DNA of 63,412 bases, filler included, from Octopus bimaculoides (taxonomy: Eukaryota), in the NCBI RefSeq assembly GCF_001194135.2. It is 5 parts of 4 records of this genome, joined end to end, with 100 filler letters (N's around TTAATTAATTAA, not from the genome) between each part and the next. Parts side by side here need not be neighbours in the genome. Positions count along the whole stretch, not along the records: positions 9,290 to 23,328 come from NC_069000.1; positions 23,429 to 44,754 come from NC_068985.1; 3 more parts are not named here. One strand, given 5' to 3'. Positions 11,771-25,597 of this stretch are shown here, in pieces (the stretch's first letter is position 1; every line of letters starts with the position of its first letter). Position numbers and translations under genes: made by a program. The notes below the pieces were generated by a model. It had not been told where the DNA came from, searched no databases, and worked only from the letters and a program-made list of their open reading frames with translations.

Positions 11771-13124
11771 ATATAATGAGAGCAAGCGTAGAAGTGGTGG
11801 GGATATTCTATAAGGGCAACTGTAAGGACACGGGAAAAAATATTATTTGGTGGGCCTTATATATGGACAGATGTAACGACAGAGGATACAACGTTAATTG
11901 TTATTCACAACATGGACTAGAAACAGAGTTCCTTATATGAACAGATGGAACGCAGCATTGATTGACTTCTCTATGTCTGTTGTAATGGTTAGTCACAAGG
12001 CATAGGATGATTTTTTCCTGTATTGTTATATATAAGATTAAGGGTTATTCTTTTCTACTCTAGGCACAAGGCCCGAAATTTTGTGGGGTGCGGGCCAGTC
12101 GATTAGATCGACTCCAGTACCCAACTGCTGATTTATCGACCCTGAAAGGATTAAAGGCAAAGTGCACCTCGGCGGAATTTGAACTCAGAACGTAAAGACA
12201 GACGAAATACCGCTAAGCATTTAGCCCGACGTGCTAACGTTTCTACCAGGGTTAAAGGTTATTATATAAGTTATGATCATTAGAGACAAAGAATATGTTT
12301 TAACTTTCTATGCGGGATAAATACAGTATACCTTAAAGAGTTTTTTGTAAGTCGAATACTTGATCAGTGTTCTCATCCTATGTCGTACATATTACACGTT
12401 CGCAATTAGGGGTTAGGATGCGGTGTCAGAACGACCTGTTTGCATTTTCTTAATACCATCCAAGGTTTTCTGCTAATTTCGAAAATTGTCTTTACATGGA
12501 GTCAAAAGGTGGGAATCTGTAGCACAGCATCGTTAGGCCACAGTCTTACAGCGCAGATATAAAATAATCGACTAGAGTAAAGAACAATTTGGCGTTTGAT
12601 ATTCCGTAATATGTGAGGCGACTAGCTAGAAATGTCACCGCACCAAACAAAATGCTTAGGGATATTCCTCAGAACGTTCTGAGTTCAAATTCCTTCTGGG
12701 TCGATTTTGCCTTAATCATTTCGGCGTCGATAAATAAATACTTGATGAACACTGTGGTCGACTTGTCCCCTTCTCGCCAAATTCCAGCCCTTGTGCTAAA
12801 TGAAGAAAAGATATTCCGTAATATGTTTGGGAATTAATAATATATAAATAAAGATGTTATAAGTTGGAGTTGTGTATCATGGTGACTACTGTTATAGATG
12901 GTATAGTTATAGCAGACATATCAAAGGGCCACCAATTAGGTATTCTTGTTATAGTTTAGCTCCAAACGCTCTATGCCCGAGTAGATCTGTAATCAAAAAC
13001 ATGTTTGTTTTATTTCCTTTTTCTTTTATCTTGTTCAGCCATGTCGCATCAATTACTCCGTATATTAACTCTTTCTATGTTAGGGTCTCCGAATGTAACA
13101 GGCTGTTTTTTTTTTTTTCATTTC

Positions 13125-13283
13125 TGTAAAAAGTTTTACAGAAAGGTGACTGATACTGGGCTTAAGGTGCAATATCAAACTGATAGTGATTTTAACACAA
13201 AAGTAAAGTGCCTTATGCCACTTGCGTTCATCCCGCCCCCAGACGCCATCGATGCATTTATAGAGCTTGTAGATGACGATAAC
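13125..13283 (+). mobile_element. MULE (Mutator-like) transposase fragment
   Basis: KKFYRKVTDTGLKVQYQTDSDFNTKVKCLMPLAFIPPPDAIDAFIELV matches the animal MULE pattern RK....GL...Y..D..F......L..LAF.P...V..AF..L. Confidence 0.65.
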
Positions 13284-13770
13284 TTGTTCTTTTTGGGGAG
13301 AGGCTTCACTCTTTTTTTCTTTCGTTTTGCATTCAGAGCGAACGTGGCCCTTTTCGCCGCACTTAAAGCAGCATGGCCTACGCCCCTCAACTGCAACTCT
13401 CACACTCAGCCCTTATGACGTCTAATATGATATATATTAAAATCTTGGCCATTGCTATACAATTTATCCGTTTATCTGGACTGTGGATTTGATGCCGCCA
13501 TAAATGGCAGTGATCCAATCACGGAAGTCGGGGCCTAGCCCAGCCCAGCCGCCTCGAGGACCGCCGCCAGGTAGTGGTGGTCTACCCTATCAAACGCTTT
13601 ACTTTGGTCTAAATGGAGCAGTGCCCCAACCTTTACCGGATAATTTACCAACCCTACCTAAGGTGTAGCGCAAGTGATGGCGATTGTCCTGGATCGATCT
13701 GCCTTGGATGGCGCATGTTTGCGCCTTCCCAACAAGTTTCTCCGTGACACGCGCATACCTTTTCGCTATT
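13284..13770 (-). mobile_element. Tx1/L1-clade LINE remnant (RT fragment plus ORF1 zinc knuckle)
   Basis: About 13455-13760 rc: QTCAIQGRSIQDN...LHLDQSKAFDRVDHHYLAAVLEAAG.GPDFRDWITAIYGGIKSTVQING. About 13284-13420 rc: CFKCGEKGHVRSEC (CX2CX4HX4C). Confidence 0.85.
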
Positions 13771-13994
13771 CCATCTCAATCACAGATTTTTAAATTGATT
13801 TTTTTAAACTAAACAATTCTACAGGGATATATATATGTAACAATGCCGGTGCTCACTGTCACTCTCCGTCATTTTAGTGACGACTATACTTGCTGCGTTG
13901 CGGTTATAAATTGCGAATACCCACCTAAACAATTTATATATACGTATGTATATGTATATATACATATATAGATATAAACATATATATATATATA

Positions 13995-14036
<42 letters not shown>

Positions 14037-14599
14037 AATTGACATATATATATATATATATATATATACTTTTATATACATATATAAACCCTGTGGAATA
14101 GGAACATTATCTGCATATTCAAAACGTTTCCCGTAAACAAATTCTTAAAAATATATATATATTTATATACAATGTATATATATACAAACATACTTTATAT
14201 ACATGCACATATACTGACACATACGCACTCACTCACACACACACATACACCCATACGCGCGCGCACGCACACACACACACACACTCACACACACACACAC
14301 TCATTCATGCTTTATAGATATTATCAAAGTTCAAATGTTTGTACAGAGCGGAGCTTGTAAAGACGAATTTATAAACAGATAATACAAAAGAGAACTGCTG
14401 TTCAGTGAAGACATAGAAAACCTTTGTTGATATATCATTCATATTTGCTTTTTTTCTTCTTCTTTGCTTTTCCGACCATTTAATTCTTTAAACTTAACTT
14501 TCATTAGCGCCCGTCACACACATCACATGTTAACCCATACAAAAAGACATAATCAACTCCTCTATGAAGCGCTTAAGACATTCTTAGTGAAAATTATTA

Positions 14600-15875
14600 T
14601 TTAGTCAGTTTACATGAATTCAAGATGCAGACGTTTAACCACATATTCGTTATTGATGATGCAAATACATCAGTGATATAGGATGGGAATTGGTGAGTGC
14701 TGGTGTGTACGTGGTGGTGCGTTGTGAGGTGATGTGTTATGAGGTATGGTGTAGTGGTGTGTAGTGCGATGGTGTTGGGAGGTGGGAGAGGCGAGAGTTG
14801 GGAAAGCACGGGTGGGAGTAGAGGTGGGGTATGTGGGTAGGCAGAGAATGGGATAGGTGGTGTAGGTGGTGNNNNNNNNNNNNNNNNNNNNNNNNNNNNN
14901 NNNNNNNNNNNNNNNNNNNNNNNNNNNNNNNNNNNNNNNNNNNNNNNNNNNNNNNNNNNNNNNNNNNNNNNNNNNNNNNNNNNNNNNNNNNNNNNNNNNN
15001 NNNNNNNNNNNNNNNNNNNNNNNNNNNNNNNNNNNNNNNNNNNNNNNNNNNNNNNNNNNNNNNNNNNNNNNNNNNNNNNNNNNNNNNNNNNNNNNNNNNN
15101 NNNNNNNNNNNNNNNNNNNNNNNNNNNNNNNNNNNNNNNNNNNNNNNNNNNNNNNNNNNNNNNNNNNNNNNNNNNNNNNNNNNNNNNNNNNNNNNNNNNN
15201 NNNNNNNNNNNNNNNNNNNNNNNNNNNNNNNNNNNNNNNNNNNNNNNNNNNNNNNNNNNNNNNNNNNNNNNNNNNNNNNNNNNNNNNNNNNNNNNNNNNN
15301 NNNNNNNNNNNNNNNNNNNNNNNNNNNNNNNNNNNNNNNNNNNNNNNNNNNNNNNNNNNNNNNNNNNNNNNNNNNNNNNNNNNNNNNNNNNNNNNNNNNN
15401 NNNNNNNNNNNNNNNNNNNNNNNNNNNNNNNNNNNNNNNNNNNNNNNNNNNNNNNNNNNNNNNNNNNNNNNNNNNNNNNNNNNNNNNNNNNNNNNNNNNN
15501 TGTGACGCAAAGGAGCGAAGAGAGAAGATTAATCCTTGTTCACGGCGCAAACGGGAGTCCGGATGGCCCCTGAGCAAGGACAATCCGAACACGGACAGGT
15601 GTTGCAAAGAGTGACCGGTAGAGCGGAAATGGCGTGACACCGGGGTGTCATTGCCAAGGAGGATGTCTCGGAGGTGTTACGCGAACCGGTCGGCCAAGCG
15701 GCACCCCGTTTGACGGATGTACAGAGAATGGCAGAGAGAGCAGGAGATGCAATAGATGATATTGGTAGAAGTACAGGGGAAGGAGTCGGTGATGCGATAG
15801 GTTCGATGATGGGTTCCGGTGAGGAGAGTGGTGTCGGAGAGATAAGGGCAAGTGCGGAAACGTGGACTCACATAC
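14600..15875 (-). mobile_element. Penelope-like element, GIY-YIG endonuclease C-terminus and 3' region (spans an N gap)
   Basis: 15501-15870 rc: RTCPYLS...FPCTSTNIIYCISCSLCHSLYIRQTGCRLADRFA*HLRDI...PVSRHFRSTGHS...RREQGLIFSLRS, a typical PLE endonuclease. The lower boundary is approximate. Confidence 0.8.
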
Positions 15876-17560
15876 AACTGCAACTGATTGTAATAATGGA
15901 ATAAGCATATATGCTTCATGAGTAATCAGCTGGAATTAATCTTCACTACCTATAGTTTTCTATTATTTTACTTGTTTCAGTCATTTGACTGTGGCCATGC
16001 TGGAGCACCGCCTTTAGTCGAGCAAATCGACCCCAGGACTTATTCTTTGTAAGCCTAGTACTTATTCTATCGGTCTCTTTTACGGGAACGTAAACACACC
16101 NNNNNNNNNNNNNNNNNNNNNNNNNNNNNNNNNNNNNNNNNNNNNNNNNNNNNNNNNNNNNNNNNNNNNNNNNNNNNNNNNNNNNNNNNNNNNNNNNNNN
16201 NNNNNNNNNNNNNNNNNNNNNNNNNNNNNNNNNNNNNNNNNNNNNNNNNNNNNNNNNNNNNNNNNNNNNNNNNNNNNNNNNNNNNNNNNNNNNNNNNNNN
16301 NNNNNNNNNNNNNNNNNNNNNNNNNNNNNNNNNNNNNNNNNNNNNNNNNNNNNNNNNNNNNNNNNNNNNNNNNNNNNNNNNNNNNNNNNNNNNNNNNNNN
16401 NNNNNNNNNNNNNNNNNNNNNNNNNNNNNNNNNNNNNNNNNNNNNNNNNNNNNNNNNNNNNNNNNNNNNNNNNNNNNNNNNNNNNNNNNNNNNNNNNNNN
16501 NNNNNNNNNNNNNNNNNNNNNNNNNNNNNNNNNNNNNNNNNNNNNNNNNNNNNNNNNNNNNNNNNNNNNNNNNNNNNNNNNNNNNNNNNNNNNNNNNNNN
16601 NNNNNNNNNNNNNNNNNNNNNNNNNNNNNNNNNNNNNNNNNNNNNNNNNNNNNNNNNNNNNNNNNNNNNNNNNNNNNNNNNNNNNNNNNNNNNNNNNNNN
16701 NNNNNNNNNNNNNNNNNNNNNNNNNNNNNNNNNNNNNNNNNNNNNNNNNNNNNNNNNNNNNNNNNNNNNNNNNNNNNNNNNNNNNNNNNNNNNNNNNNNN
16801 NNNNNNNNNNNNNNNNNNNNNNNNNNNNNNNNNNNNNNNNNNNNNNNNNNNNNNNNNNNNNNNNNNNNNNNNNNNNNNNNNNNNNNNNNNNNNNNNNNNN
16901 NNNNNNNNNNNNNNNNNNNNNNNNNNNNNNNNNNNNNNNNNNNNNNNNNNNNNNNNNNNNNNNNNNNNNNNNNNNNNNNNNNNNNNNNNNNNTATATATA
17001 TATATATATATGTATATATATACATACATATATACACACATACACATACATACACACATATATGTTCACATACACATTACTATGCTCATTCATATACACA
17101 CCTCTACAGACACACATACACGCATATACATGTATATGTATAGATGTATATATGTATAAAAATATATAAATATAAAAATACACACACACGTACGTATATA
17201 TGTATATATAACTTCATCTTCACATAGAAAAATCCTTAAACTTATCTTAGAACTTACATAAATAAATATACTCATACGAAAACGTAAACAAATATACATA
17301 TATGCACACTCGTAACAGGTATATATTCACAGTCGCCGCATGTATGAATATACACATATGTGCATACATATACACACGCGCATATACATACGCACGCGCA
17401 TATACATACGCACGCACATGCATATATATATATATATATACAAACAAACACACACACATACGTATATATGCATACTCAACCTCATCCTCGCATAGATATA
17501 TGCCTATATTTATATATAGACATACACATGAAAATACATACACAAGCATTAAACGTATGT

Positions 17561-18965
17561 ACACTCGTACAGGTGTATATTCACACTCGCCGCAAACATG
17601 AATATACATACATATACATATGTATAGAGGTGCATATATTTACATATAAACCCTCCTGTCTATCAACACACATACAACTGCAGGTATACAAGCGTATATA
17701 CATACATATACAACTGCAGATATATACAAGCGTATATACATAAATATATGTATAAAGGAAGGAGACATGTGCATGACAGTCAGTCTTATGCAAAGGGTAC
17801 ATAATAAAAAAAAAGCAGGTTCTATCTGTGATCCTGAGGGGCCCCAAAACGTAAAAAGTATTTTGTCATATGTGGACATGATTCAAAAGTTCAGTTCTTG
17901 AATTTAGACATGTAGTGGAGTCTAAAGAACTTTTCCAGATGAGCCATCTTTCCATATCGCAAAGACCGCACTTTAAAAGGCATAACCTGAAAATTAGTTT
18001 TAGTTCAACTACAAATTTTAAAAATCTAATTGCACACAACACATAAAAAACAACAACATGAACCTGGCTGTTCCTGCAGAGATAAAGACTTGCGCTCGCT
18101 AAATGGAGATTGCATGACCGAGACCATCATTTATGAAGCCACCGTAGATTCTACGACCGCTTAGGACACAGTTTCATCAAAGAAATATATGAGTCTTACA
18201 GAGGGAAATTTTAAAGCTACGTTCAATAATCACAACTGAAGCTTCAGACACTGGGATAAAAAAAGAAAAACGACCAAATTATCCAGTTATGTATGGTCCT
18301 TAAAAGGTGTCAGCTATAAGATTGACTGGAAGATCTTGGCTAAGTGTAAACCTTACACCAACGGCAGTGGAAAGTGCGGTCGTTGCGATATAGAAAGAGG
18401 GCTCATCTGGAAAAATTCTTTAGACTCCGCTATAGGTCTAAATTCAAGAACTGAACTTTTTGGATTGTGTCTACATCTGACAAAATACTTGTTACATTTT
18501 TGAGCTCTCCAAGATCACAGATAGAGCCTGCTTTTTTTATTTTGTCCATGTATAAGCCTTTCATATGTGTTAACATTTTTTATATAATTTTACATATTTT
18601 TATTGCTTTTTATATATTTTTGTATTTTTTTTATTTTCCTCCTTTTTCAATTGTGTGACTATATACGCGTGTAGTATTTATATGTATAAGCATATATTAA
18701 ATGTGTATGTGTGTGCATGTGTATATATATATGTGTACTAATGTATGTATATATTCGAGTATAATGCTGTATTCGTTGCATCAGAGTGACTGTCATGCAC
18801 ATGTCTCCTTCCTTTATACATATATGTATGTATATACGCTTGTATATCTACAGTAGTAGGTGTGTTAATATATAGGAGGGTGTATATGTATGTATATAAA
18901 AGCACCTCTATATATATGTATATTCATTTTTGTGGCAAGTGTGAATATATACCTGTACGAGTGTA
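17561..18965 (+). mobile_element. Penelope-like element fragment with inverted pseudo-LTR
   Basis: About 18085-18470 encodes SLNGDCMTETIIYEATV...KYMSLTEGNFKATFNNH...LSSYVWSLK...WKILAKCKPY...KC..C..ER (GIY-YIG). 17561-17880 is the reverse complement of 18467-18545 plus 18783-18965. Confidence 0.8.
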
Positions 18966-18974
18966 AAAAAAGAT

Positions 18975-20110
18975 TTTAGGAGGTAGACCTAGACCCGAGA
19001 CTGAGGCAGGGTGCATATATAGGGGTAACACAACTTGTCCAGTAAACGGCCAATGCTATACGGAAACAGTTGTTTACGAGGCAGAAATAACAGAAGCAGG
19101 ACCCAGTGGACAACCGAGCGTGCGGTAATATGTGGGGGCAAGAGAAGGTCCCTTCAGATCCCGCTTTAATAACCACAAGTCTTCATTCAATATCCCAAAG
19201 TGATGTAATGCTACAGCTCTAGCCAAGCAAGTGTGGGCTTTGAAAGAAAGCGCCACAGTGTACAGCATAAAGTGGAATGTCATAGAAAGATGTAAACCGT
19301 ACTTCAATAGTAGCAGGAAATGCAGATTATGTCTGGATGAGAAGAGAGTGATTCTAAAAGGCACCCACTCAATAGCAGGAGTGAGGTATTTAATCCTTGT
19401 CCGCATGAAAGTACATTCTACATACCTGCGCGACCCACCATGACTGCAACTACAAGTCCCCTGCCTCGACCTGCCGCAAACGACCTTCCACGAATGCCTT
19501 TGCGCCCGGCAAAAAGAGTTTGACCAAGACACCCACCAATGCACACCCCTATAAGGCGGATATCCCGCATATAACTATCCCCCACCACACCCAGCACATA
19601 CCCCTCTCACGCAAATTGGGCTCCCATCTAAACACAGACCCCACCACACATACACATTAAATATTACACACAGCACGCTAATATAAAAACCCATGACTTT
19701 ATTCTTTATAGAAAGAAAACAGACCAACGAACACAGCGCTATATATACCTACACCCGCAGAAGAAATTATGCATATGACACCGCTACACTTACCACACAC
19801 CCCATTCCACACATTTCATCCCCGCAGGGACACCATATTATTAATACACACTTTACCCACTTCGAGATAGCTCTTGCCGGCTTCTCAACACACCTAACGA
19901 AGAGACATAACTCGTAGTCAAATCACCTGGCCCATTTATCGTTACACCCATCTTTTCGCAGCAGCCACTAACCGGTTTTGCTAATCCACCTCCGACAGTC
20001 GCCATATTCCCTTCCATATGGGCTACCTCTGATGAGCGGAATTATATAATTGGGTTTTTACATAACACTCCATTGCATTTTTGCGTAAAACCGATTGGTA
20101 AGATCAGCTG
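18975..20110 (+). mobile_element. Second, divergent Penelope-like endonuclease fragment with 3' region
   Basis: CPVNGQCYTETVVYEAEI...YVGAREGPFRSRFNNHKSSF...LAKQVWALK...IKWNVIERCKPYFNSSRKCRLCLDEKRVI (about 19010-19360), followed by a 3' region that ends in a hammerhead-like motif. Confidence 0.8.
20022..20108 (+). ncRNA. Degenerate type I hammerhead motif in a Penelope 3' region
   Basis: gctacct-CTGATGA-gcggaa...ttttgc-gtAAAAC-CGATTG-GTA-agatcagc. Helix III ACCGATTGGT is self-complementary with GU pairs; the GAAA motif is disrupted and helix I is imperfect. Confidence 0.4.
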
Positions 20111-20788
20111 TGATGGATACTTCATGCTATAAAATTCGGACAATATATATACACACACATATGCGTTTGTGTTTGTGTATTTTTGTGTCTTTGAGCATGA
20201 GCGCGGTTTATTTCTGTACTGATTGAATGAAAATGGTGAAGATCATGAACGTCTAGAATGTACTGTGCTCGACACAATCTATTTCCTCATACCAGAGGGT
20301 TAACCTGCTCAGAGGTCAACATTTTCGAGCGCTAAGCTACATAAATGCGTCGAAACTGTTGCATTTACAAATATTTCTGGAACACAAGGCTTGTAGCTGT
20401 GTGTTTTTTTCGTATAGAGTTGTTGTTTAACTCAAAGCCGAATCTGATCGCACAGACTTATTATCAAATGCATTTCAACCGTAACTTCTCTGTTTTCCTT
20501 TTCAAGAACAATGTATCCCAATATCGATAATAGCTGATTTGTGTAGGATTTTACAGTGACTTTTTCAGTAGTGGCGGATTTATCATTGGTACATCTGTGT
20601 TCAAATTAAACTGTAAATGTTAGAGTCTTTTATACTGTACTCACCAACTCTGATTTTTCTCTTTTTTATTTTTTCATTCACAGATTGGTTCTGACAGCAT
20701 CTAATTGTGATAACACGAAAAAAAAAAAAAACTATAGAAGAAAAAGGAAGAAAAAATTCGTTTGGTTTTTGAAGCAACTAGGACAACT

Positions 20789-20948
20789 ATGGGTGCCTCA
20801 ATCTGCAAATCGAAAGTTGGCTGGCTTTTGATAATACTCCAAGTAATCTTTATTATATTGTTTGCTACCACTGTTGAGTATACGAACACCGCAAACAGTA
20901 AAAAGCCCAAGGATACCCAGCACACTGATGTCTCAACATATTATGCAA
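20789..20948 (+). CDS. Rh-family ammonium transporter (Rh50/RhAG/RhBG/RhCG-like), first coding exon
   Basis: MGASICKSKVGWLLIILQVIFIILFATTVEYTNTANSKKPKDTQHTDVSTYYA matches the Rh TM1 pattern (L.LQV..IILF..FV.Y...YY/YP). It ends with a phase-1 donor GCA A|GTAATG, just before the expected FQDVH motif, the same intron position I recall for vertebrate RHCG. An upstream acceptor ttttcattcacag|ATTG at 20683/20684 implies a further 5' UTR exon. Confidence 0.85.
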
Positions 20949-23428
20949 GTAATGCGTCTTCTTCATTCATTTGATATTCAAGTGTGTGTGTATCTATCTA
21001 TCTATCTATCTATCTATCTAAATACCTATGCACAGGCTTCTATATAATTAGTAAACTATTTTGCCACAGCATGACTACAGTCAAGTGACATGAAACAGTA
21101 AAAGAAGATAAAATTGTCGTAGAAAAATATCAACGTATAAGAATTTTCAATATTAGATGCGTTTAAGGCGGTGAGATGACCGAATCGTTAGCATATCGGG
21201 TAAAATGTTTGGCGGCATTTCATCCATTTTTACGTTCTGAGTTCTAATTCCGCTGCGGTCGACTTTACCTTTCATCTTTTCGGGGTCGATAAAACCAGTT
21301 GAACACTGTGGTCGATTTGATTGACTTAGCCCCTCTCTCAGTCCTGCTGGACTTGAGCCAAAATTTGAAACTAATATTAAATGCGTGTAGAGTTTAAGCA
21401 AAGTGATATCACTGTGCAAATTACAATATCTTCAAGTAGTTCCGATAAACGTAATTTGGTGAAGTTCTCGAAGAAATCCTTACAAAATATATAAAAAAAA
21501 GACAGTACTTGCAATGCGGGGGGGGGGGGGCTATGTAAAACAGGGACAACTTGATTACAATTTGGCTGGAATACAAAAAAGTATTCGATTGGCCCACAAC
21601 TCCTGAAAACTATAGGATCTCAGACGAGCTAATATTTCAGAGGCTGTATAAGGACTATAGACATTCTTTTGGGATATCATCTTGAGCCTAAATACGGGAA
21701 GTGATTGTGTTGTCACAGATTGAATAAGTTATCACAGGGTTATATACTAATAGAGTAGTCTCTTTCTGAGGGTCGTGACTCGTGCAGCGAAGTTCTTGCT
21801 CTTTTTTTTTTCTGTTGATGCAATCTGAAGAGTATGTAATTAGCTCAGAGCAAGACAGAAATACCAATTTGACACATCTATATAGCTTTCATTGTGAACC
21901 ATCTAGAAGCATAAGCTTAGACTGTATAAAGAAGAGCTTTGACCCGTGTAAAATTTTTTTAAAGGATATAGGAATGTAGATTGGTCATGATAAATAATCC
22001 AAACTGATTGTAGAAGGAATGGAAGTACAAGTTAGGTTAGTTACAATACCAACGGCCCCGATATTCTACGAAGAAGGTTACCCGAACGTAGGGGTGGATT
22101 ACTATATATANNNNNNNNNNNNNNNNNNNNNNNNNNNNNNNNNNNNNNNNNNNNNNNNNNNNNNNNNNNNNNNNNNNNNNNNNNNNNNNNNNNNNNNNNN
22201 NNNNNNNNNNNNNNNNNNNNNNNNNNNNNNNNNNNNNNNNNNNNNNNNNNNNNNNNNNNNNNNNNNNNNNNNNNNNNNNNNNNNNNNNNNNNNNNNNNNN
22301 NNNNNNNNNNNNNNNNNNNNNNNNNNNNNNNNNNNNNNNNNNNNNNNNNNNNNNNNNNNNNNNNNNNNNNNNNNNNNNNNNNNNNNNNNNNNNNNNNNNN
22401 NNNNNNNNNNNNNNNNNNNNNNNNNNNNNNNNNNNNNNNNNNNNNNNNNNNNNNNNNNNTATATATACATAATACACACGCATACGCACACACGCATACA
22501 TACATACACGCACACACATACATACACACATATAGGACATGTAACGAGAAACGCAAAATATGGTCCTCAAAGTTTTAGCATACAATAAATCATTAGTCCA
22601 CGATGTGTTTCTGTAGCAGTACATATGCCAACGTAAGGTGAACTCGATTCAATGTACAAATACGAAAACAAAGAAGATACTTAACAGCTACCCGAACAAA
22701 CTTTAAATATCGAATGACATCTCTCAGTCAATATTTACTAACTATCAAGCATTGATGTGCACCCTTAGTTCAACTTTAAATACACGAAGTGAATATCATG
22801 AATGTCGGAAAGAAGCCACTTAGAAAGTATTCTGCAGCTTTCAATAATTGCTATGTACTCAGGGATTTGGTACAACTTTAAAACAACAGAGCATCTCAAA
22901 CACTCTCCTCTCACATTTCTTACTATTTAGTCCAGGGCTTATATGGCTGTCAGAAACTATTGTTACAAGTGTATATGTGTCTGTTATACACGCATGCACG
23001 CGCGCGCACACACACACATACACACACAAATACACAGATACATGCGCGTGTGTGCGTGTGTCAAAGAGAAAGGAAAAATTCTGGTAAGGTCAAAACAATT
23101 GAAAGGAATGTTCAAAGAACATTATTAAATGAGATATAAAATAGGCGATGTAACAGTTTTAAAATGCCTTCAGCACTGCGCATGAAATGTGTTAGAAATA
23201 AAAGAGGCTGTAGTGCGAGGCCATGTACGGTTATTATCTATCTATCTATCTATCTATCCATCAGTCTTTCTGTCTGAGTGTCTGTCTCATTGACTATATA
23301 TATGTATATATAAATATATATATATATANNNNNNNNNNNNNNNNNNNNNNNNNNNNNNNNNNNNNNNNNNNNTTAATTAATTAANNNNNNNNNNNNNNNN
23401 NNNNNNNNNNNNNNNNNNNNNNNNNNNN

Positions 23429-23463
<35 letters not shown>

Positions 23464-25540
23464 AGATTATGTTATTAGATTATGTGTATACACCCATACA
23501 TTACATATACTTACATTCATACATACACAAACACACATACATACACACATACATACATACATACATACATACATACATACATACATACATACATTAGCTA
23601 CTCATGTTCCAAGTACCACAAGGGTTTGATACCGAAGCCATTCATCAATAATGATATAAGTTCGATTCCGATGTCTGTGACCTCTGGCTCTAAAGGAAAG
23701 AAAAAACTCAATACTGTGTCTAAAAAAAGACATCAATAATCCTAGAGTCCTCCAAGCAATACACCAATAAACACACACACACACACATATACATGCACAC
23801 ATAAACGTGAGATTCTTCCATTCTTTTCTATTTAATTGGCATAGATGTTGTGGTCATAGCTCTAATTAATTTAACTTTGAATATCATAAGTAGTCTCAGT
23901 TTGAAAACAGCTCGTCTTAAGATTTATTTAGACGTATACTTTGAAACATATGTTTATCTGTAATACTCTAATACACAAACACATAAACACATACAAATAC
24001 AAACAATCACACGCACAGTGTGATTCAGAAGTCCCAATGCATTGTATGTGTGTGTGTGTGTGCACATGTGTGTGTGCGTGTGTGTGAGTGTGTGTGTTTG
24101 TGTTTTATAAGTTATTGTTTAGAACGATTTAATGTGAAGCAGAAAAGTTATAAATAACAGAGTGTAAAAGCCTTCAACTGTTTTTGTTCAAAATGCTTTT
24201 AACTAAATTTTTGTGCGTTAATATTTATATTATTTTATTATTTATAGCTTTCCTTCCGCGAGTTTAACCGCTCCAAAAAAGAATTATTTCATAATTTCTC
24301 CAAGTTTCTAAATTCTTATGACATCGTGTAACGTATCCATGTGTGAGTTTGTGTATAAGGGAAGAAAATTTTGAGGATCTCGCGAGAAACGGTACAGACT
24401 GGAGGAGAGGATTGCTTTTTCCAGCACTCTGTTCCCACTGATAAAAATATACGTCTAAACTAGAAAAGCACTCGGAGAGCGCAGACCTCCGCCAAACCAA
24501 CAGGAGCAGCACTACGACGACAACCACCACCACCACCACCACTACCACAATATCACAATCACCACCACAACCAGTATAACCACTACAATACCACCATTAC
24601 ACAACTAACACTATCATCAACACCACTATTACCACCTCAGTATCACACATCACACCGCTCGTCACCATTATAACCACCGATACTATTTTATCCTCCTCCC
24701 ATACTTATCTCGGCCACCGTCGTCATCAACACTGTCTCTGCTTTGACCACAATCACCGTCAAAACTACGATCGCCACAATCAGTTGATTGACCACGGTGG
24801 TATTTGAACTCAGAATGTAAAATATAAGAAGAAATAGTGCAAAGCATTTTTGCCCGACACACTAATGAATCTGCCAACTTACCGCCTTTAAATAGGTTTC
24901 AAGTTTTGGTATAAAGCCAGTGATTCGTTTGCATTGACTCCAGTACTTAGTTGGTACTTTATTTGTACTGATCCCCTGGAGGAAGAGGAGGGTGTAGAAG
25001 AAGAAATGTCATTAAGAATATTTATAATTATTTCTAGCATAAGTGCAAGGCGAGAAATACTGACAGGGGTATTTAATTAAAGTACCTTCATTCCGCTGGC
25101 CTCAGAAGGATAAAACGCGAAGATGAGCTCGGCAGGATTTGAACTCAGAACTTAAAGATTCCGAACTAATATCCTTTAAAGCAATTTTTCCTCAACGCTT
25201 TAACGATTCTATCACCTGATGATTATNNNNNNNNNNNNNNNNNNNNNNNNNNNNNNNNNNNNNNNNNNNNNNNNNNNNNNNNNNNNNNNNNNNNNNNNNN
25301 NNNNNNNNNNNNNNNNNNNNNNNNNNNNNNNNNNNNNNNNNNNNNNNNNNNNNNNNNNNNNNNNNNNNNNNNNNNNNNNNNNNNNNNNNNNNNNNNNNNN
25401 NNNNNNNNNNNNNNNNNNNNNNNNNNNNNNNNNNNNNNNNNNNNNNNNNNNNNNNNNNNNNNNNNNNNNNNNNNNNNNNNNNNNNNNNNNNNNNNNNNNN
25501 NNNNNNNNNNNNNNNNNNNNNNNNNNNNNNNNNNNNNNNN

Positions 25541-25597
<57 letters not shown>

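Noticed and set aside
1617-20948. Functional coupling of the neighbouring GPx and Rh genes
   Set aside because: They are 19 kb apart with only repeats between them; nothing in the sequence suggests co-regulation.
23590-23740. LMFQV segment as a possible Rh exon 2
   Set aside because: Does not continue as DVHVM.F.GFGFL, stops after a few codons and has no acceptor.
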